The notes below the pieces were generated by a model. That model was not told the DNA's origin, did no database searches, and saw nothing but the letters and a program-made list of their open reading frames with translations. Below are positions 31,003 to 40,189 of a stretch of DNA of 64,000 bases, piece after piece. The position numbers and the translations under genes are program-made. Each line of letters begins with the position of its first letter. The first letter of the stretch is position 1. This stretch comes from Pirellulales bacterium (GTDB lineage: Bacteria; Planctomycetota; Planctomycetia; Pirellulales; Lacipirellulaceae): the NCBI GenBank assembly GCA_963704265.1, contig CAVPHI010000003.1:189183-253182 (forward strand), written 5' to 3'.

Positions 31003-32124
31003 TCACCTCTTTCGCTTCATGCCAGAACGGCAGAACCCGATCGCAAGCAGCCCGGCGAAGAGCAGCACCCCACTCGTCGGCTCGGGCACGGCGCTGCTGA
31101 CGGCCATGGCGTCGCTACCGACCACGGCACCGCTGCCGCTGCCTGACACCCCGAAGTTCGCCCTCCACAAGTCGTAGTCGGCCGCATCGACGCCGTTCGC
31201 GCCGTCGCCGTTGCCATGGATACTGGATTCGTTCGACGCACCCAGATTGCGTCGCCAAGTCGTATAGTCGGCCGCGTTGACGGCGCCGTCGTCGTTGAAG
31301 TCCCCCGGTTTGCCGGTAATGTATTCAACCACTCCCGCCAAGATGCGAACAGCGGTTTCACGAAATTCAAAAGTCAGGCTTTCCAGCCCGTTAAGCCCAC
31401 CCGTGTAAAGTGCCCCAAGGTTAAACGATTGCCCAGGCCCCAGTACGGATGATGACGTCAAGTTCAATTCCGTTATGGCACTGGACGTAAGATTGACCTC
31501 TTCCCATCCCGAGATCATCTGGTCCTGCAAGCTAATGATGGCGATCGGTTCCAACAAGTTATCGGGTGACTGAATTACGTAAGAATCAAAGTCAATTGCC
31601 ACGGACTCGCCGTTGACGATTTCGACGACTCCGGAGCTTTTGTTCACGCGCAGATGAATGCCACCCTCAAAAAAGACACCGCCGCCTACCGTTGTGGACT
31701 GGCCTGCGAGCTTATATTCGAAGTTAAGTAGGCTCTCGTCGATTACGGAGATGTCATAAGCGTTGCCCAGCGAAGCGACTGCGCCGGGCGCGAACACTTT
31801 GGAACCGGTAAGATTCAATTCTGAAATCTGGGTCTGTTCTTGGCCAGCCGGAACAACTTCTTCCCAACCCGGCTGCAACTGGTCCGTAAGGCTGTTCCAA
31901 TTCGCAGGAACGATCACATTCTCAAGCGGGAGATCGAAAGGATCGGTACCGATCGAGTAGCCATCCACGTTCTGGCTGGGTTGATCGGACGGGTTCTCGA
32001 TTGTCATCGCTCCGGTAAAGCGATTCACGTGGAGCTCGACCGCTAGCGACGGAACCGCTATCAACAACGCGAGAGCCATGATGGCAACCGCGGTAACGAG
32101 TATTCGAGTCAATGCCGCTGACAT
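31003..32124 (-). CDS. Secreted PEP-CTERM protein with two ~105-aa internal repeats and dockerin-like repeats (paralogue of 21572-23257)
   Basis: It has a signal '[28 protein letters not shown]' and repeats starting '[14 protein letters not shown]...' and '[14 protein letters not shown]...'. It also has '[18 protein letters not shown]...[18 protein letters not shown]' and '[28 protein letters not shown]'. Confidence 0.7.
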   Translation of the reverse strand: MSAALTRILVTAVAIMALALLIAVPSLAVELHVNRFTGAMTIENPSDQPSQNVDGYSIGTDPFDLPLENVIVPANWNSLTDQLQPGWEEVVPAGQEQTQISELNLTGSKVFAPGAVASLGNAYDISVIDESLLNFEYKLAGQSTTVGGGVFFEGGIHLRVNKSSGVVEIVNGESVAIDFDSYVIQSPDNLLEPIAIISLQDQMISGWEEVNLTSSAITELNLTSSSVLGPGQSFNLGALYTGGLNGLESLTFEFRETAVRILAGVVEYITGKPGDFNDDGAVNAADYTTWRRNLGASNESSIHGNGDGANGVDAADYDLWRANFGVSGSGSGAVVGSDAMAVSSAVPEPTSGVLLFAGLLAIGFCRSGMKRKR

Positions 32125-32294
32125 TTGCATCTCCCGTACGTGAACAAAATATATGCGATTCAATGATCTACACGTGTTGGCAGATTGAATGACAGAAGCG
32201 CGACTGTCTTATTCGTGGCTTTTCGCTTGTTCGATGCAGATGCCCACTCACTTCGACGTAGCGCTTTCCATCTGGCGGACCGACCAAACACCTT

Positions 32295-33300
32295 TTACAC
32301 CCGATCAGCGACTGCCGGTGAGACCGATTTCCCGCGGCGTCGCAAGCTAGCCCATGTCGGAACTAATGCCGCCAAGATTAGCGACAAGCTTCCAGGCTCA
32401 GGAATAGCTGACCCAAGTGCAGAGGCCGAACCCGGAGGATGATACAACTGGTCCTTGAAGAGCGCAAAGTCGGCCAGCGAGACTAAACCATCGCCTGTTA
32501 CCTCACCATTTTCATTGACGGCGTGGCCCGTAGTCAGCCAATTGCTCTTCATTACGTTGTAGTCTGCCACGGTAATCTGATTGTCGTGTGTGAAATCTCC
32601 AAGTGGATACGCAAGACCAGGTGAACTGACTGTAGTGATGTCCGTGTTGGAGTCGTACTCAGCAGAAATAAAATGAGTCAGTCCCCAGCCGGGGTCGCCA
32701 ACGCCAACGCCTTGAGAGAGCAGCACCGTCCCCGCCCAATAGTTCTGAACATCGTTAAGAACATCGCCAGGTAAGAGCAACACACCGGTGGTGGCGAAAT
32801 CGATCGTTGTCGACCCACTAATGCCGAAAACCGCAGCTCCACTGGCATCAGCAATTCCGGCAAGATTGATGACGTGAGGTCCTGCCCGATTTCCCAGGAA
32901 ACTTACCGCTGGCACTTATGGAAGCTCCTTGCTCAACGTTAATTGTTACGATCTCAGACCCACCGAAATACCCAAGGTCAAAATTTGAGTTGCTGTGAAG
33001 ACTGGCCCCGCTCTTGACGGTCAGAGACGCATGATCGCTTGCACCACCATAGTTGGCGTGCACCGTAAAGTCGGCGACCACCTTTGCCCCTGAATAAATC
33101 ACGGCGTCGCTGTTAGCCACGTTATCCAGAATAACTACCCCGCTGCCAGAAGATGGTTCAGTTCCACTAGTCCAGTTGCTCCCCACGGCCCAATCATTAT
33201 CGGTAGCCCCAATCCAATCGATACCAAAGGCGCTGTCTGGCACGGCGCACACGCTAACGAGACAAGCCACAGCCAGATTAAAGCATCTAATTTTGTTCAT
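32295..33300 (-). CDS. PEP-CTERM surface protein, tandem paralogue X2 (one frame break; extra dockerin-like segment)
   Basis: 'MNKIRCFNLAVACLVSVCAVPDSAFGIDWIGATDNDWAVGSNWTSG...' in ORF 32848-33366 continues in ORF 32295-32915 ('SFLGNRAGPHVINLAG...IPEPGSLSLILAALVPTWASLRRRGKS'). An extra A at 32905 relative to X1 causes the break. Confidence 0.7.
32775..33231. repeat. Copy 1 of a 457-nt near-identical segment shared by X2 and X1 (period 885 nt)
   Basis: By-eye alignment with 33660-34116 shows about 19 differences, including one indel in each copy (roughly 95% identity). Confidence 0.8.
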
Positions 33301-33425
33301 CGACTTGCTCCAAATCCCCCAATGTCTAAATGTAAGCGAGCGGCCAAATCCTTTGACCACTCGCATAACTACATGGTAACCACGGAATGACTAGCGGTAT
33401 CCCATTGACCACTATCTATTCTATT

Positions 33426-34176
33426 CTACTCGCGCGAATTCCTTCGAAGAGAAGCTATTCCCAAGCCACCTAGGATCATCAAGGCAATGCCGGCCGGCTC
33501 AGGTACCCCTACTATTGTCGTTGTGTTGGCGTCAGGATTGTAGGTAGCCACGATGTCATACGTTGTTCCCCAGCCAGGGTCGCCGACGCCAAGGCCTTGG
33601 TAGAGCAGCACCGTCCCCGACCACCACCCGTCAACATCGCTAACAACATTGCCAGATACGAGCAACACACCGGTGGGGGCGAAATCGATCGTTGTCGACC
33701 CACTAATGCCGAAAGATCGCAGCTCCACTGGCATCGGCAGTTCCGGCAAGATTGATGACGTGAGGTCCTGCCCGATTTCCCAGGAAACTTCCGCTGGCAC
33801 TTATGGAAGCTCCTTGCTCAACCGTAACTGTTACGATCTCAGACCCACCGAAATACCCAAGGTCAAAATTTGAGTTGCTGTGAAGACTGGCCCCGCTCTT
33901 GACGGTTAGAGACGCATGATCGCTTGCACCACCAAAGTTGGCGTGCACCGTAAAGTCAGCGACCACCTTTGCCCCTGAATAAATCACGGCGTCGCTGGTA
34001 GCCACGTTATCCAGAATAACTACCCCGCTGCCAGAAGATGGTTCAGTTCCACCAGTCCAGTTGGTCCCCACGGCCCAATCATCATCGGTAGCCCCAGTCC
34101 AATCGGTGCCAAAGGCACAATTCGACGCCGACAATACACTAATTAAACAGCCCACCAGTAGCATTCGATTCAGCAT
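33426..34176 (-). CDS. PEP-CTERM surface protein, tandem paralogue X1 (one frame break)
   Basis: 'MLNRMLLVGCLISVLSASNCAFGTDWTGATDDDWAVGTNWTGG...' in ORF 33703-34176 continues in ORF 33426-33800 ('FGISGSTTIDF...VPEPAGIALMILGGLGIASLRRNSRE'). There is one extra nt at 33712-33717 relative to X2. Confidence 0.7.
33660..34116. repeat. Copy 2 of the 457-nt near-identical segment
   Basis: See 32775-33231. Identity falls to about 75% just below the block and is lost in the C-terminal parts of the two genes. Confidence 0.8.
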
Positions 34177-34407
34177 GGCAAAGCTCTCCCAAAAAAATCA
34201 TTAGCTGCAACCCATAAAAAGTTCACGCGAACGTCTAGAACGTAAAACTGCCAAATTCAAAACACCCTAATTCATTGCTGGCCCTCAAGGTCGACCAGCA
34301 GAGCACACTCCACGACCGCCAGAGGCCCCACGCTTGCTTCCATCGTCGTCGATCAAACTCCGACGCCCCCCAAAAGAGCCTTATCCCCCGCGGATAAGGC
34401 CCGCTGC

Positions 34408-34436
34408 TTGACGTTTGCGCAGGCCAACGTCATAGT
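34408..34436 (+). promoter_or_regulatory. Candidate sigma-70-type promoter upstream of the ECF sigma / kinase pair
   Basis: TTGACG (34408-34413), a 17-nt spacer and CATAGT (34431-34436), about 170 nt upstream of the sigma start. It is preceded by a 9-bp-stem hairpin GCCTTATCC-CCCGC-GGATAAGGC (34378-34400). Confidence 0.25.
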
Positions 34437-34603
34437 GAAAAGACCGGCCGGCACCCCCATAACTGCCAGTTCATATACCGTTCTTATCCAATTCAAGGGG
34501 CGACAATTAGCAGTCCAATGGATCACTTTTTGTGTCGCGTTTCGGACTTTTTCTTAAAGTTCCTAAGACACAGCTTCCCTGCAGCTCTTTTCGACTGTCT
34601 GCA

Positions 34604-35182
34604 ATGAGCATCAAAACGTCGGGACCAATTACTGAAATTCTGGGAGAAATCGCGTTAGGTAATGAATCGGCAAGAAATAGGCTGGTAAAGGTTGCCTATG
34701 ATGAACTCCACCGTCTCGCGGGGACGTTCATGCGCAATGAGCGAAATGGACATACACTGCAACCGACGGCTCTCGTGCATGAGACCGTGCTCAAGTTGTT
34801 CCACGAGCACGCCCTAACGAATGTTCCCAATCGCGCGTGTTTCTTTTGGGCTGCGTCCCGAGCGATGCGCCAGATCCTTGTCGATCAGTCGCGGCGGCGA
34901 GATCGACTTTGCCGAGGCGGCGAGTACCACCGAGTTCCGCTCGACTCTGTAATAGACCACGTCGAACAAGAACAGGGCATTGATCTGCTCGCGCTGAACG
35001 AGGCACTCGATCTACTTGAGGTACACAACAAGCGACATTTTGAAATTGTGATGTTGCGCTTTTTCGTTGGACTAACCATCGAAGAGATTGCCGAGCAACT
35101 TGACATGTCTGCCGCCACCGTGAAGAGAGATTGGAGGTATGCTCGCGTATGGCTTGGTCGTCGGCTGAGTGGGGATATCTAG
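34604..35182 (+). CDS. ECF-type RNA polymerase sigma factor (the subfamily usually paired with Ser/Thr kinases)
   Basis: 'ITEILGEIALGNESARNRLVKVAYDELHRLAGTFMRNERNGHTLQPTALVHETVLKLF' (Sigma70_ECF-type N-terminus) and region 4 'MLRFFVGLTIEEIAEQLDMSAATVKRDWRYARVWL'. The stop codon TAG is immediately followed by the kinase ATG. Confidence 0.85.
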   Translation: MSIKTSGPITEILGEIALGNESARNRLVKVAYDELHRLAGTFMRNERNGHTLQPTALVHETVLKLFHEHALTNVPNRACFFWAASRAMRQILVDQSRRRDRLCRGGEYHRVPLDSVIDHVEQEQGIDLLALNEALDLLEVHNKRHFEIVMLRFFVGLTIEEIAEQLDMSAATVKRDWRYARVWLGRRLSGDI

Positions 35183-38100
35183 ATGAACAACGGCCAAGTC
35201 CAGCGGCTTTTCGATGAAGCCTTGCTTCTGGAGCCGCACGAGAGATCCGAATACCTCGACGAGGGGTGTGCTGGCGACATTCATCTGCGGTCCGAGGTTG
35301 AAGCGTGCCTGTCATTCCATGAAGACAAGGTTCGTAGCGGCTTTCTCCGGCCTCTTCCTATTGAACTCTTGCCTGTAGGCGCTCCAGATAGCGAGAGCGA
35401 CCCACTCATTGGCTGCCAAATTGGCCCGTACGAACTCCGCGAATGCATCGGCACTGGCGGAATGAGCAATGTTTACCTCGCGGTGCGCCCGGGTGACTTC
35501 GAACAACGCGTTGCCATCAAGGTCATAAAATATGGGCAAGATTCACGCGAAATGATGCGCCGTTTCCGCAATGAAACACGGTTTTTGGCGTCCCTGTCCG
35601 AACACCCCAATATCGCCGCGCTGTACGATGCCGGGATCACGAAAGACGGCAAGCCGTATCTTGTGTTGGAGTACGTCAAAGGCCAAACGATTGACCTCTA
35701 TTGCGACGAACATCAACTTGACATACGGGAACGATTAAGCCTGTTTCGCATTGTATGCGATGCCGTTCAATACGCTCATCGACACACAGTCATTCATCGC
35801 GACCTGAAGCCAAGTAACATCTTGATTAGGCCCGACGGCTTACCCAAGCTGATAGACTTCGGAATCGCCAAACTAATTTGCCCGGACTTGGATGAAGATA
35901 ACGCGCTGCAGACGGGGACTGAATTCCGCGTTCTCACTCCCGATTATGCAAGCCCGGAGCAGGTTCAAGGCGATTCGATAACAACGGCTAGTGACGTCTA
36001 CTCTTTGGGAGTAGTTCTTTACGAATTGCTAACTGGGCGGCGACCCTACAAACCGTCTTCGCGTTCAGCCGCGGAATCGGCACGTATCATTTGCGGGCAA
36101 CCTCCTCCCAAGCCTAGCAGCATGGTTCTTCGAATCCCGTTGCGGAACCAAGGGAGCAGTCGTCCTTCCAATGTGTCAGCAGTCGACTTTGCCTCGCGTC
36201 GCCATGCGGATCCTAAACGACTAGCTCGCTCGTTAGTGGGCGATCTTGACACGATCGTACTCAAAGCTTTGGAGAAGGAGCCGGAACGACGCTATTTGTC
36301 GATCAACGAGTTTTCGGCCGATATCGGGCGGTTCTTGAGGGGAGAGCCCATCAATGCTCGGCCGCTTGGCGTGGTGGAACGCGGCTGGCGGTGGTTGAGG
36401 CGAAACCCGCTGGTCGGCGGTCTGACGGCGGTTCTGGTCTCATTCGTGATGGTAATGGCCGTCATTTCTCCCATCGTGGCCCTGCGTTTCCAGCAACAGC
36501 GTGATGCGATCAGTCTAGAACGCACACGTGCCGTGAATGCCGAACACCATGCCAAGGGCGAAGCGGCGAATGCCCTTCGAGCAGAGCAACAAGCGAAGAG
36601 TGAGGCGGCAACCACGGAAAAGGTGACCGACTATCTCACAGCACTGTATGCAAGTTCCGACCGAGTCAGCGGCACGATACTTAGATCGGAACTTGGGGCC
36701 TTTCCCCGGCACAATAGTCACGAGGTTGGGATTCTTGCACAGGGCGCCGAGCAGGCAATCGATAAGTTAGCGGATCAACCTAGAATTCAAGCCAAGCTTC
36801 TCCACAGCGTTGGCACCATCTACCTCGGGTTGGCCCGCATCGACGATGCCGAGCGATTGTTCAAGCGATCTCTTGAGATCCGCAGATCAGTACTAGAACC
36901 CAAGCACGTGGACATCGCCATCAGCGCCTTCGATTTAGCCAGAGTGTATCTCCAGCAGAGCAGATGGAGCGAAACCAAGGCGCTGCTACTTGAAGCGAAA
37001 TCGGTGTTCAGCTCTGGATCTGTAAGTAATCGCTCTCTATTGGGAGCTACTCTCCTATTGCTCGCCCATCTGGAAACTACGAATGACAATCGAGAAGTCC
37101 CGATTGGCCTCTATCGCGAAGCGTTGACTGAGATGACCCAGCATTGGGGAGGAAAGCGTGCGGACCTTGCCAAGGTGATCGAAGGGTGGTCGGACCTATT
37201 GATGATGATATTCACAAACGAATATCCATACAGCGAAGTGACTCGAGTTCAATCGCCTCTAATATTCGAATTTCTCGTCTCCGTTACGAATTACGAGGGA
37301 AATGAAGATCCGGTGGCTTTATTGGTCTCGATCCAAGAGTTCTACACCAGGTTCATTCTTGGCGATGACGATGATGCCATCGACGTTGGTAGACGGGCGC
37401 TGGATCAAACTCGACGAATGTTCGGCGCTCGCGATAAAACGACGGCTTTGGCCACATTTGTCTTTGCCGGCGCGGTTTACCGCGCGGGCAACCTCGAGGA
37501 AACGGAATCGCTGCTTCTCGACTCCCTATCGATCGCCAACGAAACCCTCGGTGAAAAGCACTACGTTGTTGCAGCCATCAAGTACTTTCTCGGGGATCTG
37601 TACGCCGAACAAGGGAAGCTCGACCTGGCCGAGCCTCTTTTGCGCGACGCTGTTGCCATCTCAAGCAGGACGGTTAGCGACGTTTACCCTGAACTTGTCG
37701 TTCGCGGCATGAAGCGACTCGCTTCACTGCTTCGCGAGAGGGAACAATTCGCCGAGGCCGAACAGGTGGATCGTGAAGCCAATGTTCTGCTTGCAGGGCG
37801 TCTGTGGTGGGGATATCAACTATACCGTGGCAGGGAAGAACATGAGAAAGCACGAAGTGTATTACAGAGCGCTTTACTCTTATTCTCCTTGGACTATCAA
37901 ACAGATGAAAACGGCTTCCCACTAACTGAGATGTTTGAAAAGACGTTGTTCTTACAGCAGGCAACGGTTGCATATTTCAAGAACGATCGTACTCGACTAG
38001 AGGCCGTCCTCCAAACAATCGAGAAACGTTTCCCCAACGACGTGCTCTGCCAGAAAGCTGTTCATTTTCGCCATCTTCAGAAACCACCAATCCCTTCCGA

Positions 38101-38545
38101 TGCTGTTGTCCTTCCTGAGGAAGTACGGACTATTGGCGTTTCAGAACTCGAGTTTGAAGCGGCATCAGTGGGGCTGGGCAAACCAATGCGAGATCAAGTT
38201 CCTATTGTTGGTGCGGGTACATGCTTTCTTCAAGTCGATAGGGAGTTCTTTGCACGTGGACTTTTTGCGTCCGCGCCCTCCAAGTATGTTGTGCGACTTG
38301 ACGACAAGTGGAAAACATTTCGGACGCAGTATGGAGTGCAGGACGGGCACCCGGGTCGGGTTGTGTTCGTCGTCCGAGGAGACGATAAAGAGGTATTTCG
38401 GTCGCCAACAATCACAGACAATAGCATCAGACAGCTCAACATTGACGTGTCTGGAACAAACTTACTGGAGTTAACAGTTGAGACAATTGGCGATGATGGT
38501 GAAATAGCCTGGTCGGTCTGGATGTCCCCCACGCTTGAACGATGA
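35183..38545 (+). CDS. Ser/Thr protein kinase with one TM helix, TPR-like region and C-terminal NPCBM-like carbohydrate-binding module
   Basis: Kinase motifs 'VAIKVIK', 'HRDLKPSNIL', 'DFGIAK' and 'SPEQ'. The TM segment is 'GGLTAVLVSFVMVMAVISPIVAL'. It has long TPR-like helical repeats. The last ~140 aa read 'ELEFEAASVGLGKPMRDQ...ARGLFASAPSKYVVRLDDKWKTFRTQYGVQDGHPGRVVFVVRGDDKEVFRS...IDVSGTNLLELTVETIGDDGEIAWSVWMSPTL'. Confidence 0.8.
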   Translation: MNNGQVQRLFDEALLLEPHERSEYLDEGCAGDIHLRSEVEACLSFHEDKVRSGFLRPLPIELLPVGAPDSESDPLIGCQIGPYELRECIGTGGMSNVYLAVRPGDFEQRVAIKVIKYGQDSREMMRRFRNETRFLASLSEHPNIAALYDAGITKDGKPYLVLEYVKGQTIDLYCDEHQLDIRERLSLFRIVCDAVQYAHRHTVIHRDLKPSNILIRPDGLPKLIDFGIAKLICPDLDEDNALQTGTEFRVLTPDYASPEQVQGDSITTASDVYSLGVVLYELLTGRRPYKPSSRSAAESARIICGQPPPKPSSMVLRIPLRNQGSSRPSNVSAVDFASRRHADPKRLARSLVGDLDTIVLKALEKEPERRYLSINEFSADIGRFLRGEPINARPLGVVERGWRWLRRNPLVGGLTAVLVSFVMVMAVISPIVALRFQQQRDAISLERTRAVNAEHHAKGEAANALRAEQQAKSEAATTEKVTDYLTALYASSDRVSGTILRSELGAFPRHNSHEVGILAQGAEQAIDKLADQPRIQAKLLHSVGTIYLGLARIDDAERLFKRSLEIRRSVLEPKHVDIAISAFDLARVYLQQSRWSETKALLLEAKSVFSSGSVSNRSLLGATLLLLAHLETTNDNREVPIGLYREALTEMTQHWGGKRADLAKVIEGWSDLLMMIFTNEYPYSEVTRVQSPLIFEFLVSVTNYEGNEDPVALLVSIQEFYTRFILGDDDDAIDVGRRALDQTRRMFGARDKTTALATFVFAGAVYRAGNLEETESLLLDSLSIANETLGEKHYVVAAIKYFLGDLYAEQGKLDLAEPLLRDAVAISSRTVSDVYPELVVRGMKRLASLLREREQFAEAEQVDREANVLLAGRLWWGYQLYRGREEHEKARSVLQSALLLFSLDYQTDENGFPLTEMFEKTLFLQQATVAYFKNDRTRLEAVLQTIEKRFPNDVLCQKAVHFRHLQKPPIPSDAVVLPEEVRTIGVSELEFEAASVGLGKPMRDQVPIVGAGTCFLQVDREFFARGLFASAPSKYVVRLDDKWKTFRTQYGVQDGHPGRVVFVVRGDDKEVFRSPTITDNSIRQLNIDVSGTNLLELTVETIGDDGEIAWSVWMSPTLER

Positions 38546-39845
38546 AGCGGGGAAACCGCAGTGTCCGCAAGTCTCAAAGCCCGTGATTGAGTGCGCAAAT
38601 GTCGGCTGAAATGTTCGACTAAGAACTCCGTGTAGGTATCCGAGTGAGCCGTCAACAACTGCCGAATCAGAACTCCAAGCTCGTGGTCCATGAGAATCGT
38701 TCCGAACGTGCAATGAAGAACCTGGCGCCCTGGTTCGCTGAGTCCGCGCCCGGCGGGCACGTCCGACCAGTGGCCAAGATAGATCGATTCGAGCTGCGCG
38801 GCGTCCTGAACCTCGTCGGCGGCCGGAAGCAGGCCGATATCCGCGGAAACGTGATACGTGGCTTTGTCTTTGTCATAATGGCGGCGCGCCTCATCGACGA
38901 TTCGGCGGAATAGCGGCGCATCGTGTCTGGCGACGACGCGCAGGGCCTCGAGATAACTCGTTCCCGCCGTCTTGACGTGGAACCGACCGTTGGTCGTTCT
39001 GGCGAGAATGGCGTACAAGGAAAGCTTGTCCGAACCCGAGTGCAAGCTCAACTTGTAAGGCCCAAGCTCGCGCGCAACAGAGCGTGGTCCGCGAGCGAGC
39101 GCTCGAATTCTGCTTCGTCGCCTTTGTAGTCGACGCCTTTTTCAAATTCGCCGACGAATCTTGGCGCCACGCTGATCAGCGGAACGCCGCGCTGGCGGAA
39201 TTGATCGGCGATGATGAAATGTTCCGCCAACGACGTCGGTTGACGGGTTTCGTCGATGCTCAGCTCAAGCTCGGCCTGGCGGTTCGCCGCGGCATTCACT
39301 TGAAGAATGTATTTCCCGAGGCCGATCGCGTGCTCGATCGCTCGACCGTACTTCACGGCGCAGCGCATGGATGCCTGTTCATCGATTGTGAGGGATCTGC
39401 CATTGGCCAGAGGAATGCGACGATTGATATAGCTGCGTGACCAATCGATGATCGATTGCAGCGGCGCGAATCGCTCGCGCAGCAGGGATTCGTCATAATC
39501 GTCGGCATTTCCATCCACAAAATCGGAGGGGTCGATCGTGTAAAATGTGAAGCCCGCGGCCGCCGTTGCATCGACGTCGTCCGTCGTTTTCAGATGGTCG
39601 GCGTCGGCCCCGGAAGGGCTGGCCCACTTACTGGAGCGCATTCCCACCAGTGCCGCCTCGATCACTTCCTGAGGCGTACGACCGGTGCGAGTCATCTCAC
39701 GAATCGATTGCTGCGGAAAGATTGGCGCTATGCGGCCGCCCGCCTGCTTCATTGCCCCCGCGTGGCCGGGCGTTGCCAGGCCGATGCGATCGCCGAACCC
39801 GAAACTCGGCTGCAGACCCAGGACTGTAAACTGATTTGTTGCCAT
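38230..39845 (-). CDS. uxaE: Tagaturonate/fructuronate epimerase (UxaE family), one frame break; 3' end uncertain
   Basis: ORF 39048-39845 continues in ORF 38230-39051 as 'LADHA|SVARELGPYKLSLHSGSDKLSLYAI' (frame switch about 39085-39092). 'SLHSGSDK' is the family hallmark. Recognisable similarity ends near 'EFLVEHFSRHL' (~38590), yet the frame stays open to 38230, antisense to the kinase 3' end. Confidence 0.7.
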
Positions 39846-39930
39846 TGTTACCTGCTGCTAGTTTCCGGCCACCATCGCATTCAATTCCAATCTGGTGAGG
39901 TTTGCGAGACGGTGACGTTTCTTCAATGGG

Positions 39931-40152
<222 letters not shown>

Positions 40153-40189
40153 CACAACACGCTGTTAGAAATGGCCCGGCTTCCACCTA

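Noticed and set aside
32775-34116. Regularly spaced repeats as a possible CRISPR-like array
   Set aside because: There are only two copies, each 457 nt long and protein-coding (the N-terminal domains of tandem paralogues). No short repeat-spacer periodicity occurs anywhere in the window.
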